Shown here: positions 11,223 to 24,287 of the stretch, one piece after another | Layout: each line of letters opens with the position of its first letter | Position numbering within the stretch: the stretch's first letter is position 1 | Translations under genes and position numbers: made by a program | Assembly: GCA_013152545.1 (NCBI GenBank) | Contig: JAADGF010000105.1 | Location: forward strand, 27,950-91,949 | Reading direction: 5' to 3' | DNA length: 64,000 nucleotides | Source of the DNA: Gammaproteobacteria bacterium | GTDB taxonomy: Bacteria > Pseudomonadota > Gammaproteobacteria > SZUA-152 | Notes under the pieces: generated by a model | What the model was told of the DNA's origin: nothing | Seen by the model: the letters and a program-made list of their open reading frames with translations, nothing else | Databases searched by the model: none

Positions 11223-12101
11223 TTGGAACAAAAATTCAAAAAAATTGGTCTTATTGGCAAACACGGTGATGATCGTGTTATCACAGCGCTTAATGATTTA
11301 AGCGCTTACCTCCTTGCTCATGACAAAGAAGTTTACCTCGACAAAATAACGGCCCCGTTGGTCCCAGAATTGTCGCACGAAATATTGGAACGCGCTGATC
11401 TGGGCAAATTCGTTGATCTTGCAATCGTCATTGGTGGTGATGGCACCTTGCTTAATGCTGCACGCAGCCTGGTAAGCCATGACGTACCATTGTTAGGCAT
11501 CAACTTAGGGCGCTTAGGTTTTTTAACCGACGTGTCGCCCACCGACCTGCATGATAAACTCGATAAAATATTTGCTGGTGAATACACCGAAGAGCCTCGC
11601 GGTTTGTTACACGCAACAATCGAACGGCATGGCGAAATTATCAGCAAAAGCTGTGCCTTTAATGATGTTGTTGTGCATAAATGGAACGGTGCACGCATGT
11701 TAGAGTACGAAACCTTCATCGACGGCTCGTTTATCAATACCACACGCTCAGATGGATTAATCGTATCAACACCCACTGGTTCAACAGGTTACGCATTATC
11801 AGGGGGTGGCCCCATTCTCCATCCGAGCCTGCACGCCATTGTGCTCGTTCCCATTTGCCCTCATACCATGACCTATCGACCCATCGTTGTCTACGCTGAC
11901 AGTAAAATTAAAATAGTCGTGAAAGACTGTAATCAAGCGGAAGCGCAGGTCACCTGCGACGGCCAGATCAACTTGGGATTACAGGCTGAAGACAGTATTC
12001 ACATTACTCGCGAAAAACACCTTATTCGTCTCATACACCCCAAAAGTTACGATTACTATGAAATGTTGCGAGCCAAACTCCATTGGGGAAAAAGACTTTA
12101 A
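11223..12101 (+). CDS. nadK: NAD kinase
   Basis: 292 aa; GGDGT motif; aligns along its full length with E. coli NadK. Confidence 0.95.
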   Translation: MEQKFKKIGLIGKHGDDRVITALNDLSAYLLAHDKEVYLDKITAPLVPELSHEILERADLGKFVDLAIVIGGDGTLLNAARSLVSHDVPLLGINLGRLGFLTDVSPTDLHDKLDKIFAGEYTEEPRGLLHATIERHGEIISKSCAFNDVVVHKWNGARMLEYETFIDGSFINTTRSDGLIVSTPTGSTGYALSGGGPILHPSLHAIVLVPICPHTMTYRPIVVYADSKIKIVVKDCNQAEAQVTCDGQINLGLQAEDSIHITREKHLIRLIHPKSYDYYEMLRAKLHWGKRL

Positions 12102-12179
12102 ACGTTACGCAGCAAACCCAACAAACAAACAGAACACAAAATACGAAAAAACAGCTTAACAAGCATTATAATGTAGCCA

Positions 12180-13856
12180 ATGATTAACCATATTCAGATT
12201 CGAAATTTTGCCATTGTCGATCAATTGGAGCTTCTCCTCAGTTCAGGCATGACGGTGTTAACGGGTGAAACCGGTGCTGGCAAATCCATATTGTTCGATG
12301 CCTTAAACCTCGCCTTAGGCGGGCGAGCGGAAAGTGGCATTATTCGGCACGGCACGAATCGAGCAGAAATTACCGTCAATTTTGATTTATCCAGATCACC
12401 ATCCGTTAAACAGTGGATGATCGACAACGCCCTTGATGACAACAACGACTGCCTGATTCGGCGAATCGCCACGACCGATGGGCGCTCAAAGGGCTTTATT
12501 AACGGTCAGGCGGTACCGATGCAATCGTTACGCGAATTAGGTGAGCAATTGGTGGATATTCAAGGCCAACATGCACACCAATCTTTATTAAAACAAGACA
12601 TGCAGCGCCAGGCCTTGGATGATTTCGCAGGCCATCAACGCTTGCATCTTGAAACCAAACAACACTATCAACGACTCAAAATATTACGAGAGCAGCAAAC
12701 ATTATTAAAGCAATCCAAAAATGAGCGTGCGTCACGAATCGAACTGCTTTCATATCAAACCCAAGAATTGGAGGATTTGTGCCTCAAAGAAAATGAATTT
12801 GCCGCCTTGGAAGAAGAACACTCACGACTGGCGCATCTAACACAAATTGAAGAAGGATGCAAACATGCTCTTTTCACATTAACTGACGCCGAAGAACAAT
12901 CCGTTACGCAGCAATTAAATAGCGTAATGCAACAACTCGACGTGTTGCAACAATTCGACATTAACCTGCAAGCCATTAGTCAAATGCTCAACGAAAGCTT
13001 AATACAGACTCAAGAGGCAAGCAACGAATTACGTCATTATCTAGGCGATCTTGACATGAACCCAAAACGAATGAACGAAGTCGACGAACGCCTCGGCTTA
13101 ATTCATGATTTATCCCGAAAACACCGAATTAACCCCAAAGAATTAACAACACTGTATAATGAATTAACCAAAGAACTCGCAAGCCTGCTGCAAGCCAATG
13201 ACCAATCCGATTCACTGGATGCCAAAATTACAGAGGCTGAAAAAAACTACTTTGCCTGTGCAAAAAAATTATCCATCAGCCGTCAATCAGCCGCTAAGCG
13301 CTTACAGCAAAAAGTGACTGCTAATTTACAGCAATTAGGCATGAAAACAGGGCAATTTAACGTTACACTGCACCTGCAAGAAGATATCTCGATCAACGGT
13401 TTGGAACGCGTGGAGTTTTTAGTGACAATGAACCCGGGCCAACCACTTAAGCCCTTAAACAAAGTAGCATCCGGTGGCGAGTTATCCCGAATCAGTTTAG
13501 CGATTCAAGTCATTATTGCCGCTACAGGACGTATACCAACGTTACTTTTTGATGAAGTTGACGTTGGTATCGGCGGCGGCACCGCCGAAATCGTAGGACG
13601 CATGCTACGTGATTTAAGCCGCGAACGGCAAGTAATATGTGTTACCCATCAACCTCAGGTCGCAGCACTCGGTCATCAACATTTACAAGTGAATAAACTT
13701 GCCTCGAAAAACACCACCAAAGCCCACGTTAATATACTCAATGAATCACAACGCGCTGATGAAATCGCCCGCATGCTAGGTGGCATAGAAATCACAGAGC
13801 AGACACTGTCCCATGCAAAAGAAATGATAAACCGCTCGCAGTCAGAGCCTGTTTAG
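12180..13856 (+). CDS. recN: DNA repair protein RecN
   Basis: 558 aa; Walker A GETGAGKS, coiled-coil middle, C-terminal signature and Walker B. Confidence 0.96.
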   Translation: MINHIQIRNFAIVDQLELLLSSGMTVLTGETGAGKSILFDALNLALGGRAESGIIRHGTNRAEITVNFDLSRSPSVKQWMIDNALDDNNDCLIRRIATTDGRSKGFINGQAVPMQSLRELGEQLVDIQGQHAHQSLLKQDMQRQALDDFAGHQRLHLETKQHYQRLKILREQQTLLKQSKNERASRIELLSYQTQELEDLCLKENEFAALEEEHSRLAHLTQIEEGCKHALFTLTDAEEQSVTQQLNSVMQQLDVLQQFDINLQAISQMLNESLIQTQEASNELRHYLGDLDMNPKRMNEVDERLGLIHDLSRKHRINPKELTTLYNELTKELASLLQANDQSDSLDAKITEAEKNYFACAKKLSISRQSAAKRLQQKVTANLQQLGMKTGQFNVTLHLQEDISINGLERVEFLVTMNPGQPLKPLNKVASGGELSRISLAIQVIIAATGRIPTLLFDEVDVGIGGGTAEIVGRMLRDLSRERQVICVTHQPQVAALGHQHLQVNKLASKNTTKAHVNILNESQRADEIARMLGGIEITEQTLSHAKEMINRSQSEPV

Positions 13857-13904
13857 GGGCGCAGCATAATACGATACGGCCTGATCTGCCCCAGCAATTT
13901 TTTA
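13856..13904 (+). terminator. putative rho-independent terminator after recN
   Basis: GGGGCgCAG...CTGCCCC hairpin followed by a T-run (agcaatttttt). Confidence 0.4.
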
Positions 13905-14339
13905 AATATTGTGCAAACTCAAACCCTCATTCGTTTGGCAGGCTTCGCAAATGCCATAAATATTCAAACTATGATCAGTCATTAAAAAACCTGCTTTTGC
14001 AGCAATATCCCGCTGGCGTTGTTCAATCACATTATCCACAAATTCTTCCACTTTACCGCATTTAATGCATAATATGTGGTCGTGGTGCTCACCCTGATTG
14101 AGTTCAAACACGGAGATACCGCTTTCAAAGTGGTGCCGAGTCACCAAACCAGCGCTTTCAAACTGCGTTAATACACGATAAATTGTTGCAATCCCCACGT
14201 CTTCGCCAAGTCCGATCATGGTCTTATAGATATCCTCAGCGCTCAAATGACGAACGGGGCTACGCTCCATAATCTCCAAAATTTTCACTCGTGGTAGCGT
14301 TGCTTTTAACCCTACTTCACGCAGGTTTTGATTTCCCAT
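13902..14339 (-). CDS. fur: ferric uptake regulator
   Basis: 145 aa; winged-helix N-domain; HHDH and CxxC metal-binding motifs. Confidence 0.95.
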   Translation of the reverse strand: MGNQNLREVGLKATLPRVKILEIMERSPVRHLSAEDIYKTMIGLGEDVGIATIYRVLTQFESAGLVTRHHFESGISVFELNQGEHHDHILCIKCGKVEEFVDNVIEQRQRDIAAKAGFLMTDHSLNIYGICEACQTNEGLSLHNI

Positions 14340-15339
14340 CTAAATCTCTCCAAATACCGTGAAGGGACATTTTACCCGTAGATAGCCCGCCAAGACAGTT
14401 AATTTTCTTGACGGACTAAAATGTTACGTGCGTCGGGTTACCTGAGCACTTACTATTTAAGTTGTTTTCACGTATTCGAATAAAACCAGACCGTTAATCA
14501 TGACAAAACAGAATTAAGGTGCTAATTAAAAAGACGGCTCCAGTTCGTAAACCAAAACCGCCTACTTCATCACCTTTACCGACTCTCGCATTCTAACTCT
14601 ACCAAAGCCATTTCTGTTTTAACAAAGTTAACCGTTATGACGTTGCCGCAGTTTAGTATGGGGACATTGCTGAATTTTAATGATGCCTGTTTATAAGAGC
14701 TTTTACGTACTGTGACTTTTTGAATTTAAACAAATAGGCTTGATTGATGTCTTCAAGTTCATTCCTAACTCGGTGGCTTCCCCAATCACAATCACCCCGT
14801 ACAAACCTCGGCCATTGTTCCACAAGCAGCTTGTTAAGAATCGCCAACAAGCCACCAGGTAAGGAATGGGCTGATTAAGCTTGGTCACCCGACTGCACTT
14901 CCATATCCAATACTAATCGTAGATTAGCAATCATATAAGTATGGTCGGTGTGAGAAGGTCACCCTGGTTTATGCGAGCTATATCCGACCACTGCACCTTG
15001 CTGATGTCCGTAAAGGGGGTTTAATACTTACATCGGTATCTAATATCCATGGTGCTTTAAGTAACGGGGCGTAACTTAAATATAAATGGGGTTATAACCA
15101 TTTGATACCATCATGTTCGTCAATTTTTTTCAAGGCTCGTCGTGCTGAATCATCGCTGACAACTTTTTTCATGCCTAACAATGTTGAGTTAACCGTATCA
15201 CTCATCAAGGTCGTGATACGAGAATAGCAGGTACGGCCCGATAAGACGGATCATAAAAATGATCCTATCTTCAACCCACGACTCAAATCGGTTTCCTAAT
15301 TTCAAACACTGAATGTTGGTTTGGCTGCATTTAGTTCGA

Positions 15340-16833
15340 CTACCGGCCGTAAAGCTTAGTCATTGATTTAATTTTTGACGGAATCCCAGGGACCACCTGA
15401 TCCCACTGGAAACGCCAACGCCAGTTATCCGCCGTAACACCAGGGGTATTCATGCGGTGGCCCTGCCCCAACGATAATAAATCCTGCATCGGAAACAAAG
15501 CCCAATTTGAAACGGACGCCAATGCACTACGTATCAACGCCCAGGGCATGGCTTCACTCGTGTCAGCTAAATAAGCCATCACCTGTTTTTTCTCGTGTTC
15601 CGGAAGCTGCTCATACCAACTTAAGGTGGTGTCGTTATCGTGCGTACCCGTGTACATCACGCTATTTTGTTCGGCGTTATGAGGCAAATAAGCATTAGTT
15701 GCATCACCATCAAAGGCAAATTGTAAAATTTTCATGCCGGGCCAGCCAAACTCCTGCCTTAAGGCATTCACTTCCTCGGTTATTATGCCTAAATCTTCCG
15801 CAATAAAGGCAAGCTGCTGCTGATGTGAAGATAATGGTGGTTGGGATTGCAAAAGCGCTTTAAATAAAGTCGCACCAGGGCCTTTTACCCAATGGCCGTT
15901 CTCAGCTGTTTTTTCCTTGGCATCAATTTCCCAAAATGATTCAAAACCACGAAAGTGGTCAATGCGTATCGCATCATAAAGTGCAAAACCCACGCGACAA
16001 CGTTCAATCCACCATTGATAACCCGCCTCTTTCATTCTCTCCCATAAATAAAGCGGATTCCCCCAGCGTTGCCCCGTTGCTGAAAAATAATCCGGTGGCA
16101 CACCAGCAATCGTTCGCGGGGAACCGTCTGCATTAAGATCAAAGTATTTGCGGTGCTTCCAGACTTCAGCGCTATCATGAGCCACAAAAATTGGCATATC
16201 CCCCACCATTTTGACATTATGATCATTGGCGTATTGCTTAAGATCAAGCCATTGTTTAAAAAATACAAATTGCTCAAAATTAATCTGCTCAATCGCATCT
16301 TGCAATTGATGTGTCGCCGCGCGTATGGCACCCGCTTCACGGTCCCTCAACACCACCGGCCAGTCCACCCAGGACTTATTGCCCTGGGTATTTTTTATGG
16401 CCTGAAATAAAGCATAATCAGCTAACCAATATTGGTGCTGATTGATAAATTGTTGCAACGCCGTTTTATCGTTAGTACTGGCTTGTTGTAAAAACTGCTG
16501 CCTCGCAATCACTAGTTTTTGACGTTTTCCCGCATCAGTCAGTGCTTCGTTTGCAGGCAACCATCCCCACTCAGCAAGTAAAGTCAGACTGATAAAATCT
16601 GTGTTACCGGCAAACACGGACAAGTTCATGTAGGGAGAACGGTCTTCATGGGTAGGATTCATTGGCAGCACCTGCCAAACACTTAAACCACAGTCATTAA
16701 GGAAATCCACAAAATGATACGCTTCAGGCCCCAATTCACCTTGCCCATTTGGACCTGGCAACGAAGTGGGGTGGAGAATAACGCCAGCTTGACGTTTTTC
16801 AAATATGGGCTGTTGTTTTGTGCACACAGACAT
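15340..16833 (-). CDS. malQ: 4-alpha-glucanotransferase (amylomaltase, GH77)
   Basis: 497 aa; MalQ/disproportionating-enzyme motifs (e.g. HFRGF, YTGTHDNDT). Confidence 0.9.
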   Translation of the reverse strand: MSVCTKQQPIFEKRQAGVILHPTSLPGPNGQGELGPEAYHFVDFLNDCGLSVWQVLPMNPTHEDRSPYMNLSVFAGNTDFISLTLLAEWGWLPANEALTDAGKRQKLVIARQQFLQQASTNDKTALQQFINQHQYWLADYALFQAIKNTQGNKSWVDWPVVLRDREAGAIRAATHQLQDAIEQINFEQFVFFKQWLDLKQYANDHNVKMVGDMPIFVAHDSAEVWKHRKYFDLNADGSPRTIAGVPPDYFSATGQRWGNPLYLWERMKEAGYQWWIERCRVGFALYDAIRIDHFRGFESFWEIDAKEKTAENGHWVKGPGATLFKALLQSQPPLSSHQQQLAFIAEDLGIITEEVNALRQEFGWPGMKILQFAFDGDATNAYLPHNAEQNSVMYTGTHDNDTTLSWYEQLPEHEKKQVMAYLADTSEAMPWALIRSALASVSNWALFPMQDLLSLGQGHRMNTPGVTADNWRWRFQWDQVVPGIPSKIKSMTKLYGR

Positions 16834-16909
16834 AATTAGTTAGAGTTTCAATACGATGTAATATACTCGATATAGTTTGGCGTGGCTATCTAAGGAACCT
16901 GCGCGCTCC

Positions 16910-18619
16910 TTAGTCTGAGCCGCGGCGCATCACTCCTCCCAAGGCTGGTTTACCACTGCCATACGCAAAAACATGCGATAGATATTCCGGTGGTTGTTTG
17001 CCAATCACCCGATATACGTTAGCTAGCTGCATGCGGTACAAATGGTCAAAATCACTCACGGTGTCTGCCGGATTATAGTCACCAAACCACCAGAACCAGT
17101 CGGAGCCTTCACAAATCGCCAGTTGTCGTTGTACAGCACTGAGCTGTTCAGGCGACAACTGCCGGGATTCAACGGCAACATCAAACGCGCGTTTGGCGTC
17201 CCCCAGCATATCCCAGGCACGGTTTTTATCACTGTCACCAATCCATGTGGATAACGTACCATATACCCAACTGCCCGCCACAAAATGGGGCATGGAAACC
17301 AACGGTACCCCAACATCAAGGCATTTCGAAAAAGTGGTCAAGTTAATCTTTGGGTTTTCAAGCAGTTTTTTATACAGCGTACTTAGAAAATAATAACCAT
17401 TTTCCGGATAATGTTCCCATGCGTTTTCACCATCAAGAATAATTGACACCACATGCTGACCAGCTTTCGCTTTCAATGTGGTAGCGATATTATTCAAATA
17501 GTGATTAACGTTTGCAACTGCGTCATCTGCATGCCAAGTGGCATACGTAAAACCCACCAAATCCGATAACTTGTCATCACGAAAAAAACATGCCATCTCA
17601 CCTTGGTTTAAAGTGTATGCACGATGCGGACCTGGGTTACCCGTAAGATGGGAATGTTGCTTTGCGTGACTGAGGCTGTTTTGTATGACACTTTCGCCAC
17701 TGGCCACCCAGCGAAAACCGTTTGCTTCGAAAAGGCTAATCGCAGCATCACTGATACCGCCTTCTGAAGGCCAGCAGCCAACGGGTTTAAAACCAAAATA
17801 ATGTTGAAATATTTCGATACCTTCATCAATATGCCATTGCAGCCTTTGTTTGCCGTCACTGTACATACCCAACGAAGGCATTTTTGCGTCGGGTATCGCT
17901 TCACGCGCACTGGCTAAATCAATTAACAAAGGCGCGATCGGGTGCGCATAGGGCGTCATGGAAAGCTCTATGCGGCCATCTTGTGCCAGTTTTTTATACC
18001 GACCGATAATGCCGGAAAGTAATTCACCGATAATTTTCAATAAACAGCAGCGATCACTAAACGTGTAGCCACCGCCCTTATGCATCAAACGTCTGACTCG
18101 TTCATCCTCCCGGCGAACCGTTTCACCTAACCAAGCCAGGTGATACCACATGATCAAATCCACTAAAAACTGATTGTTGATGTAGATATTGGCTTCCGGG
18201 TGCGACATAAACCAAGAAGCCATTTCGGCTAATCGTTTATAATCCTCAAAACGATCAATCAGACGTGTTTTGTTAGCGCGCAAGCAATCACCCACCAGAC
18301 CAATACGCTGTGAAATTTCAACGGGTAACACTGCATTGCCTAATGCCGCCAGCAACGGATCATTGATTGCTGCGCCGGTTTTCAAATAAGCATTCACTTG
18401 TCGGGCATAATCGTCGATTTGCTCCAACAGGATGGGTGCAAAATTAACGACGGCCTGCGCACCTGGCACCGATTCCAAATGCGCGGCCATATCAGTGTAA
18501 TCTTTTATGGCATGTAAATAAGTCCATGGAAGATGATACTCACCGCTCAAACGATTAGCATACACCGGTTGGTGCATATGCCAACATATCACCACATTTA
18601 ATCTCGAATTATCGAACAC
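16910..18619 (-). CDS. glycoside hydrolase family 57 protein (GH57 alpha-glucan branching/amylase-type)
   Basis: 569 aa with GTG start; N-terminal [21 protein letters not shown] is typical of GH57. Its start overlaps the glgC stop by 11 nt. Confidence 0.85.
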   Translation of the reverse strand: MFDNSRLNVVICWHMHQPVYANRLSGEYHLPWTYLHAIKDYTDMAAHLESVPGAQAVVNFAPILLEQIDDYARQVNAYLKTGAAINDPLLAALGNAVLPVEISQRIGLVGDCLRANKTRLIDRFEDYKRLAEMASWFMSHPEANIYINNQFLVDLIMWYHLAWLGETVRREDERVRRLMHKGGGYTFSDRCCLLKIIGELLSGIIGRYKKLAQDGRIELSMTPYAHPIAPLLIDLASAREAIPDAKMPSLGMYSDGKQRLQWHIDEGIEIFQHYFGFKPVGCWPSEGGISDAAISLFEANGFRWVASGESVIQNSLSHAKQHSHLTGNPGPHRAYTLNQGEMACFFRDDKLSDLVGFTYATWHADDAVANVNHYLNNIATTLKAKAGQHVVSIILDGENAWEHYPENGYYFLSTLYKKLLENPKINLTTFSKCLDVGVPLVSMPHFVAGSWVYGTLSTWIGDSDKNRAWDMLGDAKRAFDVAVESRQLSPEQLSAVQRQLAICEGSDWFWWFGDYNPADTVSDFDHLYRMQLANVYRVIGKQPPEYLSHVFAYGSGKPALGGVMRRGSD

Positions 18620-19877
18620 TGTGGATTTTCTGCCCCATCATTTCGGGAGTGACTAATACCACGCCATTGGGCGAAACATAAAAACGATCACGATCCTGGG
18701 CAAGATTAACACCGATTTTTGTGCCTTCAGGAATAATACAGTTTTTATCAATAATCGCTTTTCGTATGGTGCAATTACTGCGGATCTCCACGTTTGGGAG
18801 AATAACAGAGTCTTCAACCGAGCAATAAGAATTCACCCGCACCTTGGAAAACAACAGAGAATGGCGCACCAGCGCGCCGGAGATAATACAACCACCGGAT
18901 ACCATGGAGTCCACCGCCATACCCCGGTGCTCATTGTCATCGAACACAAACTTCGCTGGGGGTAATTGTTCCTGATAGGTCCAAATAGGCCAATCCTCAT
19001 CGTACAAATTAAGTTCAGGCGTCACACCAATCAACTCCAGGTTAGCCTGCCAGAATGAATCCACCGTACCCACATCACGCCAATAAGCCACCTTATTAGT
19101 CATCGCATCACGAAACGAATACGCATGGGCATGATAATTATTGACAATGTCCGGCACAATATCGAGTCCAAAATCATGAGTTGACTTAGCATCGTCTGTG
19201 TCAGCAATGAGCATATCATATAAAAATTTTGCCGAGAAAACATAAATCCCCATAGAAGCCAAAGCATGGCTATCACAGCTTGGCATGGGCTGAGGGTTCG
19301 TCGGCTTCTCCGCAAATTGAGTGATTCGGCCATCGGCCTCAACGCTCATTACTCCATAAGCAGTTGCCTGTTCCAAGGGCACTTCTATACAACCGACGGT
19401 GATATCAGCATTCTGATCCACATGAGCGGCAATCATCGGACCATAATCCATTTTATACACATGGTCCCCGGCCAAAATAAGCACATACTCCGGATTATGG
19501 CTGCGTATGATGTCGATATTCTGGTAAATCGCATCGGCGGTACCCGTGTACCAATTTTCCTGTATACGTTGTTGGGCTGGTAAAATCTCGATAAATTCAT
19601 TAAATTCACCTCGTAAAAAACTCCAACCCCGCTGAACATGCTGATTGAGCGAATGAGATTTATACTGAGTAAGCAACCCAACTTGGCGTATACCTGAATT
19701 AACACAATTCGATAACGGAAAATCTATTATTCGGAACTTGCCGCCAAAGGGTACAGCAGGCTTGGCACGCCAATCTGTTAAATGTTTCAAACGGCTACCC
19801 CGACCACCCGCCATGATCAGCGCCAACGTTTTTCTCGTCAAACGGCTGACAAAGCGTGGTGTATGTTTGGTATGCAT
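18609..19877 (-). CDS. glgC: glucose-1-phosphate adenylyltransferase
   Basis: Aligns along its full length with E. coli GlgC ([32 protein letters not shown]...). The track ORF starts at a TTG at 19895; the ATG at 19877 with an AGGGAG Shine-Dalgarno is preferred. Confidence 0.93.
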   Translation of the reverse strand: MHTKHTPRFVSRLTRKTLALIMAGGRGSRLKHLTDWRAKPAVPFGGKFRIIDFPLSNCVNSGIRQVGLLTQYKSHSLNQHVQRGWSFLRGEFNEFIEILPAQQRIQENWYTGTADAIYQNIDIIRSHNPEYVLILAGDHVYKMDYGPMIAAHVDQNADITVGCIEVPLEQATAYGVMSVEADGRITQFAEKPTNPQPMPSCDSHALASMGIYVFSAKFLYDMLIADTDDAKSTHDFGLDIVPDIVNNYHAHAYSFRDAMTNKVAYWRDVGTVDSFWQANLELIGVTPELNLYDEDWPIWTYQEQLPPAKFVFDDNEHRGMAVDSMVSGGCIISGALVRHSLLFSKVRVNSYCSVEDSVILPNVEIRSNCTIRKAIIDKNCIIPEGTKIGVNLAQDRDRFYVSPNGVVLVTPEMMGQKIHSVR

Positions 19878-20357
19878 CGCTGTACTCCCTTTCAAATTCT
19901 ATTGTTGGCAAAAATATTTCGTGACAAAGTAAGGAGGTGTGTCAAAATAACGTGAGCATTTGGGTATCCAGGCGCCTACTCAACTACTTCAACTACTCAA
20001 CAAGGCTTTCGAACCTAATGTTCGAACAACGGGAATGAATAAACAACCAGATGTTCACGTTATTTCGGCACACCTCTCGTTAAGTTATAGGATCAATAAT
20101 TCGTATTACGTTATTAGTGTTACAGCAATAAAATTGAGGAATGATGCAAAATATTGTCCTAAATCCATCGGCAAGCGTGCATTTGTGTTAGCATGTATTC
20201 TATTGCTTAAGCCAATGCTTGTTTAAGTCACCGTTATTGTAAGTTAAAGATGTAAGTCAAAGACAGCAAATATCGACACTACCCAATTGAGCAGGTTTGG
20301 CAAACGATCCATCGGGTTCTCGATTACAATGATAGTAACAATATTTTTTTCGATTTA

Positions 20358-22655
20358 ATGAACACGCCCACAAAACACAATTCGGAAAAACCAGACCATA
20401 GCAGTCAGATTTCCGGCAAAGGATTCACCACAACTGACAATCCAGCGCTAGAAACCCCGACAAAAAATACCGCAACTACCTCTATTTTGGCATTAGATCC
20501 TGAATTACAAAAAATTATCGACGCAACCCACCATAATCCGTTTTCGGTATTAGGGAAACACACCGTCGACAGTACAGAAATAGTGCGTGTCTATATTCCT
20601 CAAGCCAGCCAAGCCTTTCTCCCTGATCTGGGTACACGCCTAACGCGTCTTGAAGGGACCGATTTTTTCCAATGGCGTGGCGCCCATAATCAGGTAGCAC
20701 AGCATTACCAAATCAAATGGTATGACAGGAACAACCAGCAGCACATCCGCTATGACCCCTATTGTTTTGCACCTCAAATCCCCGATTATGATCTGCATCT
20801 GTTTGGTGAAGGCAAACACTGGCACGCTTATCGTTTCCTCGGTGCACATCTACACAGTATAGACGCAATAGAGGGTGTTTTATTTGCCACTTGGGCACCC
20901 AATGCCAAACGCGTCAGCGTTATCGGTGATTTTAATGACTGGGACGGCCGCGCCCATCCAATGCGAACTCGTGGCAATAGTGGCGTTTGGGAGTTATTTA
21001 TACCCGGCATTAAAGCAAATCAACTCTATAAATTTGAAATCCGCGGCCAACATGGCAACATCCTCCAAAAAGCTGACCCTTATGGACAAGCATTCGAACT
21101 GCGGCCAAACACCGCTTCGCTCGTTTTAGATAATTTACCGTTTTTGTGGCAAGACAAGGCATGGATCGAGCAACGCAAAAACAACGAGTGGTTACACACA
21201 CCGTTATCAATCTACGAAGTTCATCTGGGCTCCTGGCAACGCAATGAAAACGATCAATTTCTGAATTACACCGAACTGGCTCAACGCTTGGTGGACCATG
21301 TAAAACGCTTAGGATTTACTCACCTACAATTATTGCCGATCACTGAACATCCTTTTGATGCTTCCTGGGGATATCAAACCACGGGGTATTTCGCCCCCAC
21401 CCGACGCTTTGGTACGCCGGATGAGTTTCGTTATTTCGTGAACCATTGCCATCGCAATGGTATCGGCGTTATTCTCGACTGGGTACCAGCGCATTTCCCC
21501 AAAGACGCCCATGCCCTGGCAGAATATGATGGTACCGCCTTATACGAACACGAAGACCCCCGTCGCGGCGAACACCGTGACTGGGGCACCTTAATTTATA
21601 ATTATGGCCGAAATGAAGTTAAAAACTTTCTGTTATCCAGTGCCTTGTATTGGCTAGAGGAATACCATATTGACGGCTTGCGCGTGGATGCCGTAGCCTC
21701 AATGCTGTACCTTGATTACTCTCGCAACGAAGGCGACTGGCTACCCAACCCCCATGGCGGCAACGAAAATCTGGAAGCCATTGATTTTCTACGGGAAATG
21801 AACACCGTGGTGCATGGTGAATTTCCCGGTTGCATGACCATCGCTGAAGAATCCACATCCTGGCCGCAGGTTACACGCCCTACTTGGCTGGGAGGCTTGG
21901 GCTTTAGTATGAAATGGAATATGGGCTGGATGCACGATACACTTAACTATTTCAACAATGATCCTATATACCGCCAGTATCACCATGATCAATTGACGTT
22001 TGGTTTGATGTATTCGTTTTCTGAAAATTTCGTGCTACCTTTCTCCCACGATGAAGTGGTGCACGGCAAAAGTGCTATGCTCAATAAAATGCCGGGGGAT
22101 GAATGGCAAAAATTTGCTAATTTACGCCTATTATATACCTACATGTACACTTACCCAGGCAAAAAGACACTCTTCATGGGTGCGGAGTTTGCTCAAAGTA
22201 GTGAATGGAACGTTGATCAGGCATTGGACTGGCACTTATTGCAATATCCATTGCATCAAGGTGTCCAGAAATTAGTGACTGATCTCAACACACTTTATAA
22301 AGAGCTGCCCGCCCTGCACCAACTTGATTTCGAACAATCGGGTTTTGAATGGATTGATTGTCACGACGCCGCTCAATCGGTATTAAGCTTCCAGCGCAAA
22401 TCCACCGATAGCGTTGTTATCGTTGCTTTAAACTTTACCCCTATGCCACGCGAAGACTACCGCATAGGTGTTCCTTATGGCGGCACTTATCGGGAATTAT
22501 TGAATTCTGACTCAACATACTATGGCGGTAGCAACATAGGAAATGCCAGTACTATCACCGCGCAACCCCAACCTTGGATGGGCCTGCCCTATTCCGTTAA
22601 TTTGACCTTGCCACCATTAGGTGGCGTGGTTATAAAAACCGATCACCACAGCTAA
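20358..22655 (+). CDS. glgB: 1,4-alpha-glucan branching enzyme
   Basis: 765 aa; GH13 catalytic motifs ([25 protein letters not shown]); about 60-aa low-complexity N-terminal extension. Confidence 0.95.
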   Translation: MNTPTKHNSEKPDHSSQISGKGFTTTDNPALETPTKNTATTSILALDPELQKIIDATHHNPFSVLGKHTVDSTEIVRVYIPQASQAFLPDLGTRLTRLEGTDFFQWRGAHNQVAQHYQIKWYDRNNQQHIRYDPYCFAPQIPDYDLHLFGEGKHWHAYRFLGAHLHSIDAIEGVLFATWAPNAKRVSVIGDFNDWDGRAHPMRTRGNSGVWELFIPGIKANQLYKFEIRGQHGNILQKADPYGQAFELRPNTASLVLDNLPFLWQDKAWIEQRKNNEWLHTPLSIYEVHLGSWQRNENDQFLNYTELAQRLVDHVKRLGFTHLQLLPITEHPFDASWGYQTTGYFAPTRRFGTPDEFRYFVNHCHRNGIGVILDWVPAHFPKDAHALAEYDGTALYEHEDPRRGEHRDWGTLIYNYGRNEVKNFLLSSALYWLEEYHIDGLRVDAVASMLYLDYSRNEGDWLPNPHGGNENLEAIDFLREMNTVVHGEFPGCMTIAEESTSWPQVTRPTWLGGLGFSMKWNMGWMHDTLNYFNNDPIYRQYHHDQLTFGLMYSFSENFVLPFSHDEVVHGKSAMLNKMPGDEWQKFANLRLLYTYMYTYPGKKTLFMGAEFAQSSEWNVDQALDWHLLQYPLHQGVQKLVTDLNTLYKELPALHQLDFEQSGFEWIDCHDAAQSVLSFQRKSTDSVVIVALNFTPMPREDYRIGVPYGGTYRELLNSDSTYYGGSNIGNASTITAQPQPWMGLPYSVNLTLPPLGGVVIKTDHHS

Positions 22656-22690
22656 CGTGAACTCGCTCAGTATCCTGATATAAGTGACCA

Positions 22691-24154
22691 ATGAGCAAAA
22701 TATTATTCGCCACCAGTGAAGCGCATCCCCTGATTAAAACCGGTGGCTTGGCCGACGTGTCAAGCGCCTTGCCTATTGCGCTAAAAACATTGCGCTGTGA
22801 CATCCGCATCATACTACCCGCCTACGCTGAAGCCTTAAAAAACATAAAACGACTCAAAACCGTTGCTAATATAATATTACCAGGGCTACCCGGATACGTC
22901 GAAATATTGCAGGGGAAATTGCCTAACAGTAATATCAAAGTGCTTTTTGTTCAGTACGAACCTGCCTTTAAACGACCCGGCAACCCTTATACTGATGCAC
23001 AAGGTAACCCCTGGGCAGACAACGCTGAACGATTTTCCTTATTTTGCCGCGCCGTAACAGAAGTCGCACAAAACCGCGTGGGACTTAATTGGCAACCGGA
23101 TGTCATACATTGCAATGATTGGCAAACCGGCTTAGTACCCGCATTACTCAGCCTGGAGCAAACAAGACCTGCCACATTATTCACTATCCACAACCTTGCG
23201 TACCAGGGCTTATTTCCACACGCAACCTTTCAAGCATTGGGGTTGCCCCCATCACTTTGGTCTCACAATGCATTGGAATTTCATCAGCAGTTATCGTTTA
23301 TCAAAGGAGGGTTGATTTTTGCGGATCAAATAAATACCGTTAGCCCACGTTATGCGGAAGAAATTAAAACAGCAGAATTCGGCTACGGCCTGGAAGGACT
23401 GCTAAAACACCGTCAGTCGGCACTGACCGGCATCGTCAACGGTATTGACGATAAACTATGGAACCCTGCCACCGACCCACACATACACAAACATTACGAT
23501 AGCCAGCACCTCACTGATAAATCAGACAATAAGGACTATATCCAGGCCGCATTTAAGTTACCCATCGATAAAAGTAAATTATTATTAGGCTTTATCGGGC
23601 GACTGGTAGAACAAAAAGGCATTGACCTGATCCTCAGTTTATTGACACAAATCGAGCAACTGCCCATTCAGCTCATTGTACTGGGCAGCGGTGACACCCT
23701 ATTTGAAACCCAATTAAAAACCCTGGCTATCAAATTTCCGCGACAGTTTAACTGCAAAATTGGTTACGATGAAACATTGGCACATCAGATTGAAGCAGGT
23801 GCCGACGCGCTATTAATGCCATCACGATTTGAGCCTTGTGGGTTAAATCAGTTATACAGTTTACACTACGGCACCGTACCCATTGTGCATCACGTGGGTG
23901 GTTTAGCCGATACTGTTATTGACGCCAACGACAAAACCCTAGCGCTGAATCAAGCAACCGGCATTGTATTCAAACAACCGACTAACACTGCCTTGCTCAT
24001 GGCGGTTAACCGCACAATAGCGCTTTTTGCTAATCAACACACCTGGAAAAAAATAATGCGTAACGGCATGAACAGCCGTTTTAATTGGCGCAAAAGCGCG
24101 CTGCAATACATCAAGCTGTACAAAACGGCCCTCGCCTCAGTTGCAAAGATTTAG
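22691..24154 (+). CDS. glgA: glycogen synthase
   Basis: 487 aa, MSKILFATSEAHPLIKTGGLADV...; the KTGGL motif. Confidence 0.95.
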   Translation: MSKILFATSEAHPLIKTGGLADVSSALPIALKTLRCDIRIILPAYAEALKNIKRLKTVANIILPGLPGYVEILQGKLPNSNIKVLFVQYEPAFKRPGNPYTDAQGNPWADNAERFSLFCRAVTEVAQNRVGLNWQPDVIHCNDWQTGLVPALLSLEQTRPATLFTIHNLAYQGLFPHATFQALGLPPSLWSHNALEFHQQLSFIKGGLIFADQINTVSPRYAEEIKTAEFGYGLEGLLKHRQSALTGIVNGIDDKLWNPATDPHIHKHYDSQHLTDKSDNKDYIQAAFKLPIDKSKLLLGFIGRLVEQKGIDLILSLLTQIEQLPIQLIVLGSGDTLFETQLKTLAIKFPRQFNCKIGYDETLAHQIEAGADALLMPSRFEPCGLNQLYSLHYGTVPIVHHVGGLADTVIDANDKTLALNQATGIVFKQPTNTALLMAVNRTIALFANQHTWKKIMRNGMNSRFNWRKSALQYIKLYKTALASVAKI

Positions 24155-24287
24155 AAATGGAAGCGGTAACAAAACGTCCCGGTTTAGCGCTCAACGCGAA
24201 ACACCTCTGTCGCGCCACCACCTGCATCCATATAATAATTTGATGATTCTCAGGAACATGCACGTAACATATCCGCTGTACAACAAA

